A stretch of DNA of 64,000 nt from a bacterium (GCA_030647205.1 JAUSJO010000005.1:74523-138522), one strand, 5' to 3'. Counted from the first letter of the stretch, positions 8,281 through 18,591 are shown. Numbers and translations: made by a program. Notes: generated from the sequence alone by a model not told the origin.

Positions 8281-11187
8281 ATGGCGGAAAAATACAATCA
8301 TAAAAGGATTGAATCTAAATGGCAGGAAGTTTGGGAGAAAACAAAAATCAACCGGACTGATTTGACGTCTGAAAAGCCGAAATTTTATAATCTCATAATG
8401 TTTCCTTATCCAAGCGGGGATTATCTGCATCTTGGCCATGGCTACTCGAACTCTGGGGCCGATGTATATGGCAGATATAAGGCTTTAAACGGTTTTAATA
8501 TTTTTATGCCCATTGGCTATGATTCTTTCGGTCTCCCGGCCGAAAACTTTGCTATAAAAAAAGGTATTCACCCCAGAAAAAGCGTTTCTCAAAATATTGA
8601 ACATGCGCAGAAACAGCTAAAGACTTGGGGTTGCATGTTTGATTTCTCTCGAGAGGTGACGACGTCCGAGCCGAACTATTATAAATGGACCCAATGGCTA
8701 TTTTTAAAGCTGTACGAGCAAGGTTTGGCATACCAGAAAGAGTCGCCGGTGAACTGGTGTCCGAAGTGTATGACCGTTCTCGCCAACGAACAAGTCAAAG
8801 ATGGTTTCTGTGAGAGATGCGAAGCAGAAGTAGTTCAAAAAAATATGAAACAGTGGTTTTTCAAAATCACTGACTATGCAGACAGACTGATTAAAGATTT
8901 GGATAAGGTAGACTGGCCGGAATCATCCGTGACCAAACAAAGAAACTGGATTGGCAGGAGCGAAGGGGTTCAGATGGATATGCCGGTTGCCGACTCGAAA
9001 GAGAAATTATCCGTTTTTACGACCAGAATAGATACAGTTTATGGCATGACGTATGTCGTTTTAGCTCCCGAACATCCTTTAGTTGATAAGGTTACAACTG
9101 CTGATCAGAAGAAAGAAGTTGAAAAGTACAAGATTCAAGCACAAAAACAGACGGAAATAGAACGGCAATCTCTAGAAAAGGAAAAAACAGGGGTATTTAC
9201 CGGCTCATATGCCATAAACCCATTTAACGGCGAAAAGGTACCAATTTGGATAGCCGACTATGTTTTGTTTGGATATGGCACTGGCGCCGTGATGGCAGTA
9301 CCAGCCCATGATGAGAGAGATTTTGAGTTTGCGAAGAAGTATGATTTGCCGATTATCCAGTCGATAGCTCCTGTTTTTGTTGATCCTACAAATCCGCCAA
9401 AAGATGGCATTGAAGATACGGTAAGACATGGCGTAATAGTTTTAGTTAAGCATTGGAGCGAGGACAAATATTTGCTGGATTATTCTCCGAAGTTTGGCTG
9501 GAAATGTCTTTTCTGCGGTGGTGTAGAAGATGGCGAAGATCCACTTGAGGCGGCTGCACGGGAGATCAGAGAAGAAGCGGGGTATCAGAATATCAAAGAA
9601 GTGAGATATATGCCGCTTCATCACATAGATAGATTCCATGCTCCTCACAAGGGAGTAAACAGGTACGCTCACCAAAAAAATATTTATATTGAACTTGCTG
9701 ATGGCGAGTATGTTGAACCGACTGAGGAAGAGAAAGAGCTTCATCAGGTTAGCTGGCATACTAAGGAAGAAATGCTTGAGCAAATAACATTAGTTAACCA
9801 TAAATATATTTTCGAAACGGAACTTATGAGCGGCCAAGCTTGGACAGGTTATGGAGCTCTTGTTGATTCCGCAGAGTTTACTGGACTACTTTCCGAAGAA
9901 GCGAAGAAGAAAATGGCTGAGTGGCTGGAGAAGAAGAAAGCAGGAGAAACGAAGGTTAACTATCGTCTGCATGACTGGTCTATCGGCCGGCAGAGATACT
10001 GGGGCGCTCCTATTCCCATCATTTATTGTGAGAAGTGTGGCGTTGTGCCAGTGCCTGAGAAAGATTTACCGGTTGAGCTGCCTGAAAAAATTAAAGATTT
10101 CAGGCCAAAAGGAACGGGGAAGGGGCCACTCGCCTCAGTTAAAGAATTCGTCGAAACGACATGTCCGAAATGCGGTGGTAAAGCTGAGCGTGAAACTGAC
10201 ACGATGGATACATTTGTAGACTCTAGTTTCTACTATCTCAGATATCCGAGTGTTGGTAATGATAGTGAAATGATGGAAAAGAAAGTCATCGAGAAGTGGC
10301 TGCCGGTAGATATGTATGTCGGCGGGGCTGAGCACGTGACGATGCATCTTCTCTATGCCAGGTTTATCGCAAAGGCTCTTTATGACGCTAAGCTTTTGAA
10401 ATTTGACGAACCATTTTTGAAACTTCGACATCAAGGGATGATACTTGGTCCGGACGGCAAGAAAATGTCCAAGTCTAAGGGAAATGTGGTCATACCGGAC
10501 GCAGTTATCAAGGAGCATGGAACTGATATTTTCAGGACATACATCCTTTTCATGGGCAGATTTGAAGACGGCGGGCCATGGGATCCGAAGGGGATTGTAG
10601 GCATAAAGAGATTTTTAGAAAAATATTGGTCGCTTGCTAACTTGATTTCAGCTGAAAACTTTGATTTAGATCAGTCAGTCGATGGTTCTCAGGATATGAT
10701 AGTAAAGAAAACTATCAATAAAGCTATTAAAAAAGTTGGTGAAGATATAGAAAGTTTTAAGTTTAATACGGCAATAAGCTCTCTAATGGAATGCGTTAAT
10801 GCTTTAAATTTTCTTGAAATGAAATATAAACCTAAACAGAGTATAGAATTATGGAAAAACACGGTAGAAAAATTGACCATCATACTTTCTCCATTTGCTC
10901 CCCATATGACCGAGGAAATTTGGGAGAGTCTAGGAAATACGGAGAGTGTTCATTTACAAAGTTGGCCGAAATACGATAAGGATTTAATAAAAGATGAGAC
11001 AGTAACGGTGGCTGTTCAGATAAATGGCAAGGTGAGAGAGCAGCTTCTGATCAACGTCGAAGCAGAGGAAAAAGAAGTTTTAGAACTAGCAAAAGCGAGT
11101 AAAAAAGTGCAGAATTATTTGCAAGGCAAAGAAATCAAAAAGGTGATTTATATCAAAGGTAAGCTCCTTAGCCTTGTAGTTAGCTAA
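8281..11187 (+). CDS. leuS: leucine--tRNA ligase with inserted NUDIX domain
   Basis: MFPYPSG..HLGH, GTGAVMAVPAHDERD, KMSKS; Nudix box GGVEDGEDPLEAAAREIREEAG. Confidence 0.97.
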   Translation: MAEKYNHKRIESKWQEVWEKTKINRTDLTSEKPKFYNLIMFPYPSGDYLHLGHGYSNSGADVYGRYKALNGFNIFMPIGYDSFGLPAENFAIKKGIHPRKSVSQNIEHAQKQLKTWGCMFDFSREVTTSEPNYYKWTQWLFLKLYEQGLAYQKESPVNWCPKCMTVLANEQVKDGFCERCEAEVVQKNMKQWFFKITDYADRLIKDLDKVDWPESSVTKQRNWIGRSEGVQMDMPVADSKEKLSVFTTRIDTVYGMTYVVLAPEHPLVDKVTTADQKKEVEKYKIQAQKQTEIERQSLEKEKTGVFTGSYAINPFNGEKVPIWIADYVLFGYGTGAVMAVPAHDERDFEFAKKYDLPIIQSIAPVFVDPTNPPKDGIEDTVRHGVIVLVKHWSEDKYLLDYSPKFGWKCLFCGGVEDGEDPLEAAAREIREEAGYQNIKEVRYMPLHHIDRFHAPHKGVNRYAHQKNIYIELADGEYVEPTEEEKELHQVSWHTKEEMLEQITLVNHKYIFETELMSGQAWTGYGALVDSAEFTGLLSEEAKKKMAEWLEKKKAGETKVNYRLHDWSIGRQRYWGAPIPIIYCEKCGVVPVPEKDLPVELPEKIKDFRPKGTGKGPLASVKEFVETTCPKCGGKAERETDTMDTFVDSSFYYLRYPSVGNDSEMMEKKVIEKWLPVDMYVGGAEHVTMHLLYARFIAKALYDAKLLKFDEPFLKLRHQGMILGPDGKKMSKSKGNVVIPDAVIKEHGTDIFRTYILFMGRFEDGGPWDPKGIVGIKRFLEKYWSLANLISAENFDLDQSVDGSQDMIVKKTINKAIKKVGEDIESFKFNTAISSLMECVNALNFLEMKYKPKQSIELWKNTVEKLTIILSPFAPHMTEEIWESLGNTESVHLQSWPKYDKDLIKDETVTVAVQINGKVREQLLINVEAEEKEVLELAKASKKVQNYLQGKEIKKVIYIKGKLLSLVVS

Positions 11188-11219
11188 AAAATCTGCTATA
11201 ATTTCTTGGTCAACACTCT

Positions 11220-11311
11220 TGTCATCCTCGGGCTTGACCCGGGGATCTAGAGCAAAGATATCGGAGGAGAACAGAAGAAAGGAATGGATTCCCGCCTTCG
11301 CGGGAATGACA
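11220..11311. repeat. REP-like inverted doublet (locus C)
   Basis: TGTCATCCTCGGGCTTGACCCGGGGATCTAG ... TGGATTCCCGCCTTCGCGGGAATGACA. Confidence 0.8.
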
Positions 11312-11319
11312 CAAGGAAT

Positions 11320-11736
11320 ATGAAACAAGAACCTTACAAGTTGGACGTCAAAGATTTTCTCGTAAAAGGAGATATTGGCAGCAGAGAAGTTTTTGTTGTT
11401 AAAGCTAAGTTAGACATTGAACTAGATGAAGAAAATGTTTTGAAAAGCTATGAAGGTGAGGTTAAACTGACACTTCTGGAAAATGAAATACTGGCAGAGT
11501 TTAGCATAAATTATATTGCAGAAACTATATGTGCCAGATGTTTGAAAAAGTACAAAAGAGAAGGTAGGTTGTCTTTTGACAGAGAATACGTAATCGGTAG
11601 AAGAGTGGCAGAAGGAGACGAACTACTAGTTGATAAGGAATTTAAAATAGAAATTGGCGGGCCGACTTTAGAAGAAATAGCATTTGATGTACCGATGAAA
11701 CCGCTATGCAAAGAAAGTTGCAAAGGAATTAAATAA
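11320..11736 (+). CDS. yceD: DUF177/YceD family protein
   Basis: CARCL and PLCKESCKG; directly upstream of rpmF; start moved to 11320 because the 12 upstream codons are repeat-derived. Confidence 0.85.
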   Translation: MKQEPYKLDVKDFLVKGDIGSREVFVVKAKLDIELDEENVLKSYEGEVKLTLLENEILAEFSINYIAETICARCLKKYKREGRLSFDREYVIGRRVAEGDELLVDKEFKIEIGGPTLEEIAFDVPMKPLCKESCKGIK

Positions 11737-11764
11737 TAGTAAATAAATTAAGGATAAGTTTGAA

Positions 11765-12001
11765 ATGGCTGTACCAAAGAGAAAAAAATCGAAAAGAAGA
11801 ACCAGACAGGGAAGATCACACCACGCTTTAACTGCCCCAACTCTTTCGACTTGCTCAAAGTGCGGAGAGCAGATTATGCCGCATAATGCATGCCAGACTT
11901 GCGGATACTATGGCGAAAGAAAAGCTGTAGATGTTGAAACAAAGCTGGACAAGAAACTTAAAAAGAAAGAAAATAAGGAAAACGAAACTAAGGAGAAGTA
12001 A
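11765..12001 (+). CDS. rpmF: 50S ribosomal protein L32
   Basis: MAVPKRKKSK, CSKCG..PHNACQTCGYY. Confidence 0.96.
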   Translation: MAVPKRKKSKRRTRQGRSHHALTAPTLSTCSKCGEQIMPHNACQTCGYYGERKAVDVETKLDKKLKKKENKENETKEK

Positions 12002-12513
12002 TGGCCTCGAACCGTCACTTATCAAGGATTATCGCACTGCAGTCTCTTTTTGAGTCAGCTTTTTGCGATTTTAACCTTGAAGCGAAAAGGACTCAAGCTG
12101 AGAAATCTAAAAAGATCAAAGAGACGGTAGAGAGGAATGTAACTGAGTTTGCATCAGGCGAGCAAAACAAAGATTTTGCGCTTTCCATAGCCAAAGGGGT
12201 TATAGATAACGAATCCAGAATTGACGAGATTATCAAACCGGCCGCTCCTGAATGGCCAATAGAACAAATAGCCCTCGTGGATCTTACAATCCTTAGAATG
12301 AGCGTATATGAGCTCCTTTTTGCCAAAGAAGAGGTGCCTCCAAAAGTTGCTATTAACGAAGCCGTTGAACTCGCAAAAGCATTTGGTGGACCGAGATCTA
12401 GCAAGTTTGTAAATGGTGTTTTAGGGACGATTTACCGGGCAAGTGATAAATATAACCCGGCAGACGACAAAAAGCCGCCGGAGAAGAAGGAAGACGAAAA
12501 AGCTAAAAAGTAA
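12001..12513 (+). CDS. nusB: transcription antitermination factor NusB
   Basis: VPPKVAINEAVELAKAFG..FVNGVLG. Confidence 0.95.
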   Translation: MASNRHLSRIIALQSLFESAFCDFNLEAKRTQAEKSKKIKETVERNVTEFASGEQNKDFALSIAKGVIDNESRIDEIIKPAAPEWPIEQIALVDLTILRMSVYELLFAKEEVPPKVAINEAVELAKAFGGPRSSKFVNGVLGTIYRASDKYNPADDKKPPEKKEDEKAKK

Positions 12514-13193
12514 TGAAGGATTTTGCCAAACTACAGAAAAAAATCGGAACTAACTTTAAAGATGAACAGCTTCTAATAAACGCCTTTATCCACCGTTCAT
12601 ACTTAAACGAAAACTCTGATTATGCCCAACACAACGAGCGTCTCGAATTCTTAGGAGACGCGGTTTTGGAGTTGGTGACAACCGAGTTTTTATATCAAAA
12701 CTACCCAAACCCAGAGGGAGACCTTACAAACTGGAGAAGCGCTCTTGTAAAAACCGAAACCATTTCTGATGTTTCAAAGAGCCTTGGATTTGAAGATTAT
12801 CTTTTCTTGTCTCGAGGAGAGTCCAAGAGTAAAGGTAGAGCTAGGCAGCTTATCTTGGCAAACTGTTTCGAAGCGGTCATTGGGGCTACATATTTAGACA
12901 GAGGTTATGATGAAGCAAAGAAATTTATTACAAAACATCTTTTGAAACTACTTCCTGAAATTATCGAAAAGAAACTATATGTTGATGCAAAAAGCCAACT
13001 TCAGGAAATTGCGCAGAGGAATGAGAGTATAACACCGAGGTATGACGTTTTGTCAGAAACTGGCCCGGATCACAAAAGGGTATTTAAAATCGGTGTGTTC
13101 TTAAATGACAAGAAAATCGGTGAGGGTGAAGGGGCATCAAAACAACTTGCCCAGCAGGCAGCGGCTGAGGACGCACTAAAAAGTTATAAATAG
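12513..13193 (+). CDS. rnc: ribonuclease III
   Basis: NERLEFLGDAVLEL signature plus dsRBD. Confidence 0.97.
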   Translation: MKDFAKLQKKIGTNFKDEQLLINAFIHRSYLNENSDYAQHNERLEFLGDAVLELVTTEFLYQNYPNPEGDLTNWRSALVKTETISDVSKSLGFEDYLFLSRGESKSKGRARQLILANCFEAVIGATYLDRGYDEAKKFITKHLLKLLPEIIEKKLYVDAKSQLQEIAQRNESITPRYDVLSETGPDHKRVFKIGVFLNDKKIGEGEGASKQLAQQAAAEDALKSYK

Positions 13194-13204
13194 TTCTCTT
13201 TCTC

Positions 13205-13488
13205 TGTCATTCCGACCGAAGCGGAGGAATCCCTTTCTCGTCATTCTGGCTTGTCCAGAATCTATTATTATTTATCCACTTTTTTAGAAAAAGTAGAGCA
13301 AAAATCGCGACTAGACGGCTTCTCAAAGTGTCGCTCAAACCTCATCTCAAATTTGAAAAAGGACAACAAGCCGATTCCGGAAGCCCTTTTCCAAAATTTC
13401 GTCTCGGTTTTCACTCGCTTATTGAACCGATAGTCGCAAATACTATTTATAAAGTTCATTCTCGCTTTGAAAAAAATCATGCCGGAGG
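13205..13488. repeat. composite palindromic repeat locus D
   Basis: GTCATTCCGACCGAAGCGGAGGAATCCC, GTCATTCTGGCTTGTCCAGAATC, then D2-type long hairpin and AAAAAATCATGCCGG tail. Confidence 0.8.
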
Positions 13489-13589
13489 ACTCTCTTCCTT
13501 TGTGATGCTGGGAGTAAAATTTCAATTTTCGAATCTTTTTTCTTGTGCTACAATAGTTTAGATTTATTTAGGATTTTTTGGAGGCGTAT

Positions 13590-16127
13590 TTGTATTTAAA
13601 AAATATCAATGTAACGGGGTTTAAATCTTTCGGGGCGAAGAACGTCTTGGATTTTCCCCGTGAAGGAAAAGGCAAGCAGCGAAGCTTTACCGCTGTTGTC
13701 GGACCAAACGGAAGCGGGAAGAGCAATATCGCAGATGCTATCCGCTGGGCATTGGGCGAACAATCCTCTAAGTTATTACGAGTTAAGAAAAACGAAGATG
13801 TCATCTTTTTTGGAAGTGCCAAGAAGGGCAAAGGGTCGTTCACCGAGATTTCAATGACTCTTGATAACTCCGACAAGTCCGCGCCGGTTGATCTCACTGA
13901 AATAGAAGTAACTCGCCGTCTCTACAGAAACGGCGACAACGAATATCTTATTAACCGCAAAAAAGTACGGCTTTTAGACGTTCAGGAGTTGCTTGCCAAG
14001 TGTGGCATCGGACGCTCAACTTATACTGTTATCGGCCAGGGGATGGTTGACTCGCTTTTGTTTTATGGCCCCGCAGAAAGAAAGGTTCTCTTTGAAGAAG
14101 CGTCAGGGGTTAAACAATATGAGATTAAGCGGTCGGAATCCATAAGGAAACTGGATGCCACCGATAAAAATATTATCCGCATAAAAGATTTGCTATACGA
14201 ACTCGAGCCAAGGCTGAAGCAGGCAGAGAGACAGAACAAGAAATTCCAGAAAAAGCAGGAGATAGAGACGGAGCTGGATGAACTCAGTCGTAAATACTAC
14301 ACAAATGTCTTATCGGATATTACGGGCAAAAAGTCTGTTTTGGACGCAAAGCTAGAAAAACTGAGAGAGCAGGAAGGTGTCTTAAAGTCAGAAATAGTTG
14401 CCATTGAAGCTCGCATTGCCAAGGGATTAAAAGCACAAGGGAGCGATAAGGAAGAAAAAGAGCTAAAGGCGAAGATTGATGGGTTGTATTCTAAGAAGAA
14501 TGTGATTTCGCAGCAAATTTACAAAATCCAGGCAGAGAGTGAGGCAGTTGTATCGGTTTATGCCAGAGAAAAGGATGGTTTGGTCCGTGAAAAAGAAACT
14601 TGCGAGAGGGAGATCGCTAACCTCAAGGAGCGTTCAGCTAGGATTAGTACCGAAAACGGACAGCTGGCAGAGAGACTAAATGGTGCGAAAAAGGAACTAG
14701 AAGGCATTGATGTAAAAATTGTAGCGGCAAACGAGGAACTTGCAAAAGCGCAGCGGGAAAGCGTGGTCATGGGTAAAGACGACATCTCACGAGAGCTTGA
14801 AAGTGTATCCGCTGACTATAAAAAGATAGTTACGCAAATTAGTACGGTCAAGGACTTAAAATCACTTACAAATCTCAAATCTGGGGCAGAAGAGTTAAGC
14901 CAAAAGATGGACGAGTTGATAAGAAAGATTAAAAAGAGCCAAAATGCCGATACTTCAAATATAGAGAAGAAACAGGAAGAGATTGGAAGATTATCAGGGA
15001 ATAAAGAAATTATTTTGAAAGAGATTCAGGATTTGAGAGTTCGGGAAATATCTCGGGCAGAGACTTTAAAGAATATTGATACTCAGGCCAAAGATTACGG
15101 CTCAAGACTTGAGGTTGCGGGTCAAAAGATTGCAAAGCTGGAAAAACCGGCCGAAAAAGATTCATCAGAGGTGAATAAATTGATTTCAGAGAAAGAAAAG
15201 TTAGAATCAGAAATTACTGGTTTGAAGGCAAAGCTAGAAAAGATCGAGAATGCCAGCGCAAGCGGGGACTACTCGAAAGTTCTTGAAGAAGAAAAGGCAA
15301 AAAGGGCAGAGATTTCTAGAGTTGGGGACGATATTAACTCGGCAATGGTAGAGCTAGCAAGAGTTGAAACAAAGAGCGATGATCTAAAAAGTGAAATTCA
15401 TGAGTTTTTGGGCGAGGCATTTTACAAAGAAATTTCCGATTCTCGTCATTCTGGCAATGTCCAGAATCCATCAGAAAACGTAGAACATCTAATGCCAAAA
15501 ATTCAACGGCTTCGCAAGGACATGTATGCGCTTGGCGAGATAGATCACTTTATCAAGGAAGAGTTTGAAGAACTAGAGGTGAGAGTTGGTGAGCTTTCAA
15601 GTCAGCTTGGGGATTTGGAAAAAGCAAAAACAGATATTTTAAAAATCATCGGTGAGTTGGATATAAGGATCAAAACACAGTTTCAAGCCACTTTTGCTAG
15701 GATTTCTGAAGAGTTTACTAAATATTTCAAAATACTCTTTAATGGCGGCAATGCGACGCTAAATCTGGAGACAGATGAAGAGGGGAACTTTGGAGTAGAA
15801 ATAGGCGCGACACCGCCGGGGAAGAAAAACCAGTCATTGAATTCATTATCAGGTGGCGAAAGAGCGCTGACGTCTATAGCACTTCTTTTTGCAATTCTGT
15901 CCGTCAATCCAAGCCCATTCTGTGTACTTGATGAGGTTGATGCCTCGCTTGACGAAACAAATACAGAACGATTTCTAAAAATATTACAGACGCTTTCTCA
16001 TAAAACTCAGTTTGTCGTGGTTACGCATAACCGCGAAAGCATGAAAAAAGCCGACATTATTTACGGCGTTTCGATGGATGACAACCACGTCTCGCAGGTG
16101 TACTCTTTGAAACTGACGGAAGTTTAG
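13590..16127 (+). CDS. smc: SMC-family ATPase, short form with no recognisable hinge
   Basis: GFKSF, GPNGSGKSN, LSGGE, LDEVDASLD; TTG start at 13590 after GGAGG. Confidence 0.9.
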   Translation: MYLKNINVTGFKSFGAKNVLDFPREGKGKQRSFTAVVGPNGSGKSNIADAIRWALGEQSSKLLRVKKNEDVIFFGSAKKGKGSFTEISMTLDNSDKSAPVDLTEIEVTRRLYRNGDNEYLINRKKVRLLDVQELLAKCGIGRSTYTVIGQGMVDSLLFYGPAERKVLFEEASGVKQYEIKRSESIRKLDATDKNIIRIKDLLYELEPRLKQAERQNKKFQKKQEIETELDELSRKYYTNVLSDITGKKSVLDAKLEKLREQEGVLKSEIVAIEARIAKGLKAQGSDKEEKELKAKIDGLYSKKNVISQQIYKIQAESEAVVSVYAREKDGLVREKETCEREIANLKERSARISTENGQLAERLNGAKKELEGIDVKIVAANEELAKAQRESVVMGKDDISRELESVSADYKKIVTQISTVKDLKSLTNLKSGAEELSQKMDELIRKIKKSQNADTSNIEKKQEEIGRLSGNKEIILKEIQDLRVREISRAETLKNIDTQAKDYGSRLEVAGQKIAKLEKPAEKDSSEVNKLISEKEKLESEITGLKAKLEKIENASASGDYSKVLEEEKAKRAEISRVGDDINSAMVELARVETKSDDLKSEIHEFLGEAFYKEISDSRHSGNVQNPSENVEHLMPKIQRLRKDMYALGEIDHFIKEEFEELEVRVGELSSQLGDLEKAKTDILKIIGELDIRIKTQFQATFARISEEFTKYFKILFNGGNATLNLETDEEGNFGVEIGATPPGKKNQSLNSLSGGERALTSIALLFAILSVNPSPFCVLDEVDASLDETNTERFLKILQTLSHKTQFVVVTHNRESMKKADIIYGVSMDDNHVSQVYSLKLTEV

Positions 16128-16141
16128 TCCAAGCATAAATG

Positions 16142-16170
16142 TTGACAAACAAGATGTTATCTTCTATAAT
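16142..16170 (+). promoter_or_regulatory. sigma70 promoter
   Basis: TTGACA-N17-TATAAT, perfect consensus. Confidence 0.8.
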
Positions 16171-16300
16171 TTAGTTCTTATTCTGTCATAAAAATAATTT
16201 TTGGCGATTATATTTAGGAGAGTGGGCGGTTGAATAGTTCTTTTAACATCTTAAGTTCTGAATGATTTAGCAATTCAAAGTCAAACAATCCTAGGAGGCA

Positions 16301-17005
16301 GTGATGCAGGTTGTTACAGAGTCATATCGCAAGGCGGATAGTACAGAAAGAAGCGAGGACTTTGCTGCAATGAAGGCGAGAAGGGCCAAGATGTGTGAGG
16401 CTCTTAATCTGCAAGCTCAGGTTTCAGCACAGGCAATAGCCGAAGAAGCAGCTATTTTCTACAAAGAGATCACTGGCTACGAGCTCGCGATGTGGCGTGA
16501 ATTCCTCCCGACTGCTTATGAGGACTTCGCTGAATACAGTTACGATGTTATTCCGGAGGTTGCTCTCGAAGACATCGTTACTGCCAACAATATGAACATT
16601 TTCAGCACTATGGAAATATGGACCCCCGAGATCGAGGTCAACTCTATGGACCCTATGGCGGTTGGTATAACCGGTGTAGGGCGTGACAGGCGTTTCTTCC
16701 CGATTGTTCGTTGGGGAGCAGAGAAACTGCTCACACCTGAACAGATCGAAAGGGTAGTTGCACGCAGGCAACAAGATAGGTGGCGTTCATATGGTGTAAA
16801 CAGTGTTCCAGAAACCATCCTTGATCATATTGTAGCGAAGTTTCGTGAATCGGAAGGTGTCTACGAATACGGCATAAGGCGTGCAAGTGGAGGATTTATG
16901 CGGATGCGTCGCTGCTGTGGCAAGAAGATGTATGCCCTGAGATGGTTTGGAGAGCATCCGGACGAAAATGTCTGCGCTGAATGCGGAAATGTCCGAGAAA
17001 CCTGA
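16301..17005 (+). CDS. hypothetical protein
   Basis: AGGAGG SD, own promoter and terminator (17036-17063); C-terminal Cys cluster. Confidence 0.7.
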   Translation: MMQVVTESYRKADSTERSEDFAAMKARRAKMCEALNLQAQVSAQAIAEEAAIFYKEITGYELAMWREFLPTAYEDFAEYSYDVIPEVALEDIVTANNMNIFSTMEIWTPEIEVNSMDPMAVGITGVGRDRRFFPIVRWGAEKLLTPEQIERVVARRQQDRWRSYGVNSVPETILDHIVAKFRESEGVYEYGIRRASGGFMRMRRCCGKKMYALRWFGEHPDENVCAECGNVRET

Positions 17006-17155
17006 TCAGCAAGGATATATAAGTCAGCACCCAGAAGCGGGGCGCGCGAGCGCCCCGCTTTTTCATTCCAAGTTATTCCAAGCATAGAAACATTGACGAA
17101 ATCTAATCTTCATGATATACTTTTGTTCAATTTACATCGGTAATGTAACTTCAAA

Positions 17156-17830
17156 ATGAAGGAGGCGGCTTTGCCGGAAAAACCGACAAAAATGGCACTT
17201 GCAGTAAGGGGTGGCAAGGTTAGTATTTCACCTCCCATATGGCCGGATCGTGAGCTCAAGGTCCAACCCGGCGATCTTTCACAAATCGTTCCTTATGGGA
17301 ATGGTATATATGGTTACCAGGATCATGAAGGCAAAGACCCGTTTAAAAGCGCGCCCTCTCAGGAAGCTTCCGGAGGAGTTATGTACTTCGACAATAGGGT
17401 TTCCAGGGAGGATTTCGAAGCACTCATGCGTATCCTGGGGGTTCAGCCTGCGCATAGGGTTAATCCTTCGAAAGATTTCGCAGTGTTTACTGCCGAGTCT
17501 GAGAGACCGGGCGAAGACGGATATCTTGCGCAGATGCGCGTGGTATCCAAGTTCGGGCTTCGTTATATGTTCAATGCGCTTGATAATAGTGAATACGAGG
17601 AGTTCCCCGAGCAGGAGCTGACCATGGTAGAAGCGCTATGGTCATTCATCGAGTATGAGTGTGGTCGCTGGGGAACGAGTTTCTCACAGGATGGCCAGAA
17701 TGGGTTACGGGGCCTCTTTGGAGGTGATGGTGACTACGCTCGTGAGGAACTATCCTTTGGCTTCATGGTGGAGAATGACTACCATAGCGTGTATCGCATA
17801 TGGTCACGAGCATGGCTAGTTACAAAGTAG
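17156..17830 (+). CDS. hypothetical protein
   Basis: 224-aa ORF; promoter TTGACG-N17-TATACT at 17093-17121; terminator 17841-17870. Confidence 0.65.
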   Translation: MKEAALPEKPTKMALAVRGGKVSISPPIWPDRELKVQPGDLSQIVPYGNGIYGYQDHEGKDPFKSAPSQEASGGVMYFDNRVSREDFEALMRILGVQPAHRVNPSKDFAVFTAESERPGEDGYLAQMRVVSKFGLRYMFNALDNSEYEEFPEQELTMVEALWSFIEYECGRWGTSFSQDGQNGLRGLFGGDGDYAREELSFGFMVENDYHSVYRIWSRAWLVTK

Positions 17831-17890
17831 ATAGTTTATTCCGGCGATCCCTCAGGGGGTCGCCGGTTTTCATTTCGCAAAACATTTTAA

Positions 17891-17919
17891 TTGACTTTTG
17901 GGTCGTAATTGACTATAAT
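17891..17919 (+). promoter_or_regulatory. sigma70 promoter of rpsP operon
   Basis: TTGACT-N17-TATAAT. Confidence 0.7.
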
Positions 17920-17964
17920 ATTTCAGTAAATCATTAAATCAGTTAATTTGCAGAAGGAGCAGGA

Positions 17965-18456
17965 TTGGTAGTAATCAGACTCACCCGTGTCGGTAAGAAA
18001 AAGCAGGCACACTATAGAATCGTAGTAGCAGAATCAAAACGAGCAGTACAAGGCAAGTTTATTTCAATATTGGGTTGGTATAACCCGCATACAAAAGAGC
18101 TACAGGTAAAGAAAGACGAGTTACAAGCTTGGTTCGATAAAGGAGCCATGCCTTCTAATACTGTGGCAAAATTACTGAAAAAAGAAGGTGTCAAGTTGCC
18201 TAAATGGGTGAAAATAACAGAGAAGAAAAGAGCACCAAAGAAAGCCGAAGAAGAAAAGAAAGAAGCGCCTAAGGCGGAGGCAAAATCTGAGGAAGGAGTA
18301 GAAGCAGAGGAAACTACTGAAGCTCCGGCGGAGGAAGCGAAAGAAGAGGTAGCCGAAGAAGCACCGGCAGAAAATACTGAGGTAGAAGCAGTAGAGGAAG
18401 AAAAAACAGAAGAAGTTGCAGAAGAGGTAACTGAAGAAAATAAAGAAGATAAATAA
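17965..18456 (+). CDS. rpsP: 30S ribosomal protein S16 with acidic tail
   Basis: IRLTRVGKKKQAHYRIVVA..LGWYNP..GAMPSNTV. Confidence 0.95.
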   Translation: MVVIRLTRVGKKKQAHYRIVVAESKRAVQGKFISILGWYNPHTKELQVKKDELQAWFDKGAMPSNTVAKLLKKEGVKLPKWVKITEKKRAPKKAEEEKKEAPKAEAKSEEGVEAEETTEAPAEEAKEEVAEEAPAENTEVEAVEEEKTEEVAEEVTEENKEDK

Positions 18457-18463
18457 CCAATTT

Positions 18464-18529
18464 TGTCATTCTGAAGCACGACTTCAGAATCCAGAAAATA
18501 TAGATTCTCAGGTCAAGCCCGGAATGACA
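18464..18529. repeat. REP-like inverted doublet (locus E)
   Basis: TGTCATTCTGAAG..TTCAGAATCCAG ... GATTCTCAGGTCAAGCCCGGAATGACA. Confidence 0.75.
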
Positions 18530-18591
18530 GATTAGGATAATTTAATAAAATTAAGTAAAGACCCCGCATACGCAGGGCAAGGGAGGCCAAG

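Noticed and set aside
11284..11319. N-terminal extension MDSRLRGNDTRN of YceD
   Set aside because: It is the translation of the repeat; ATG 11320 has AAGGA upstream.
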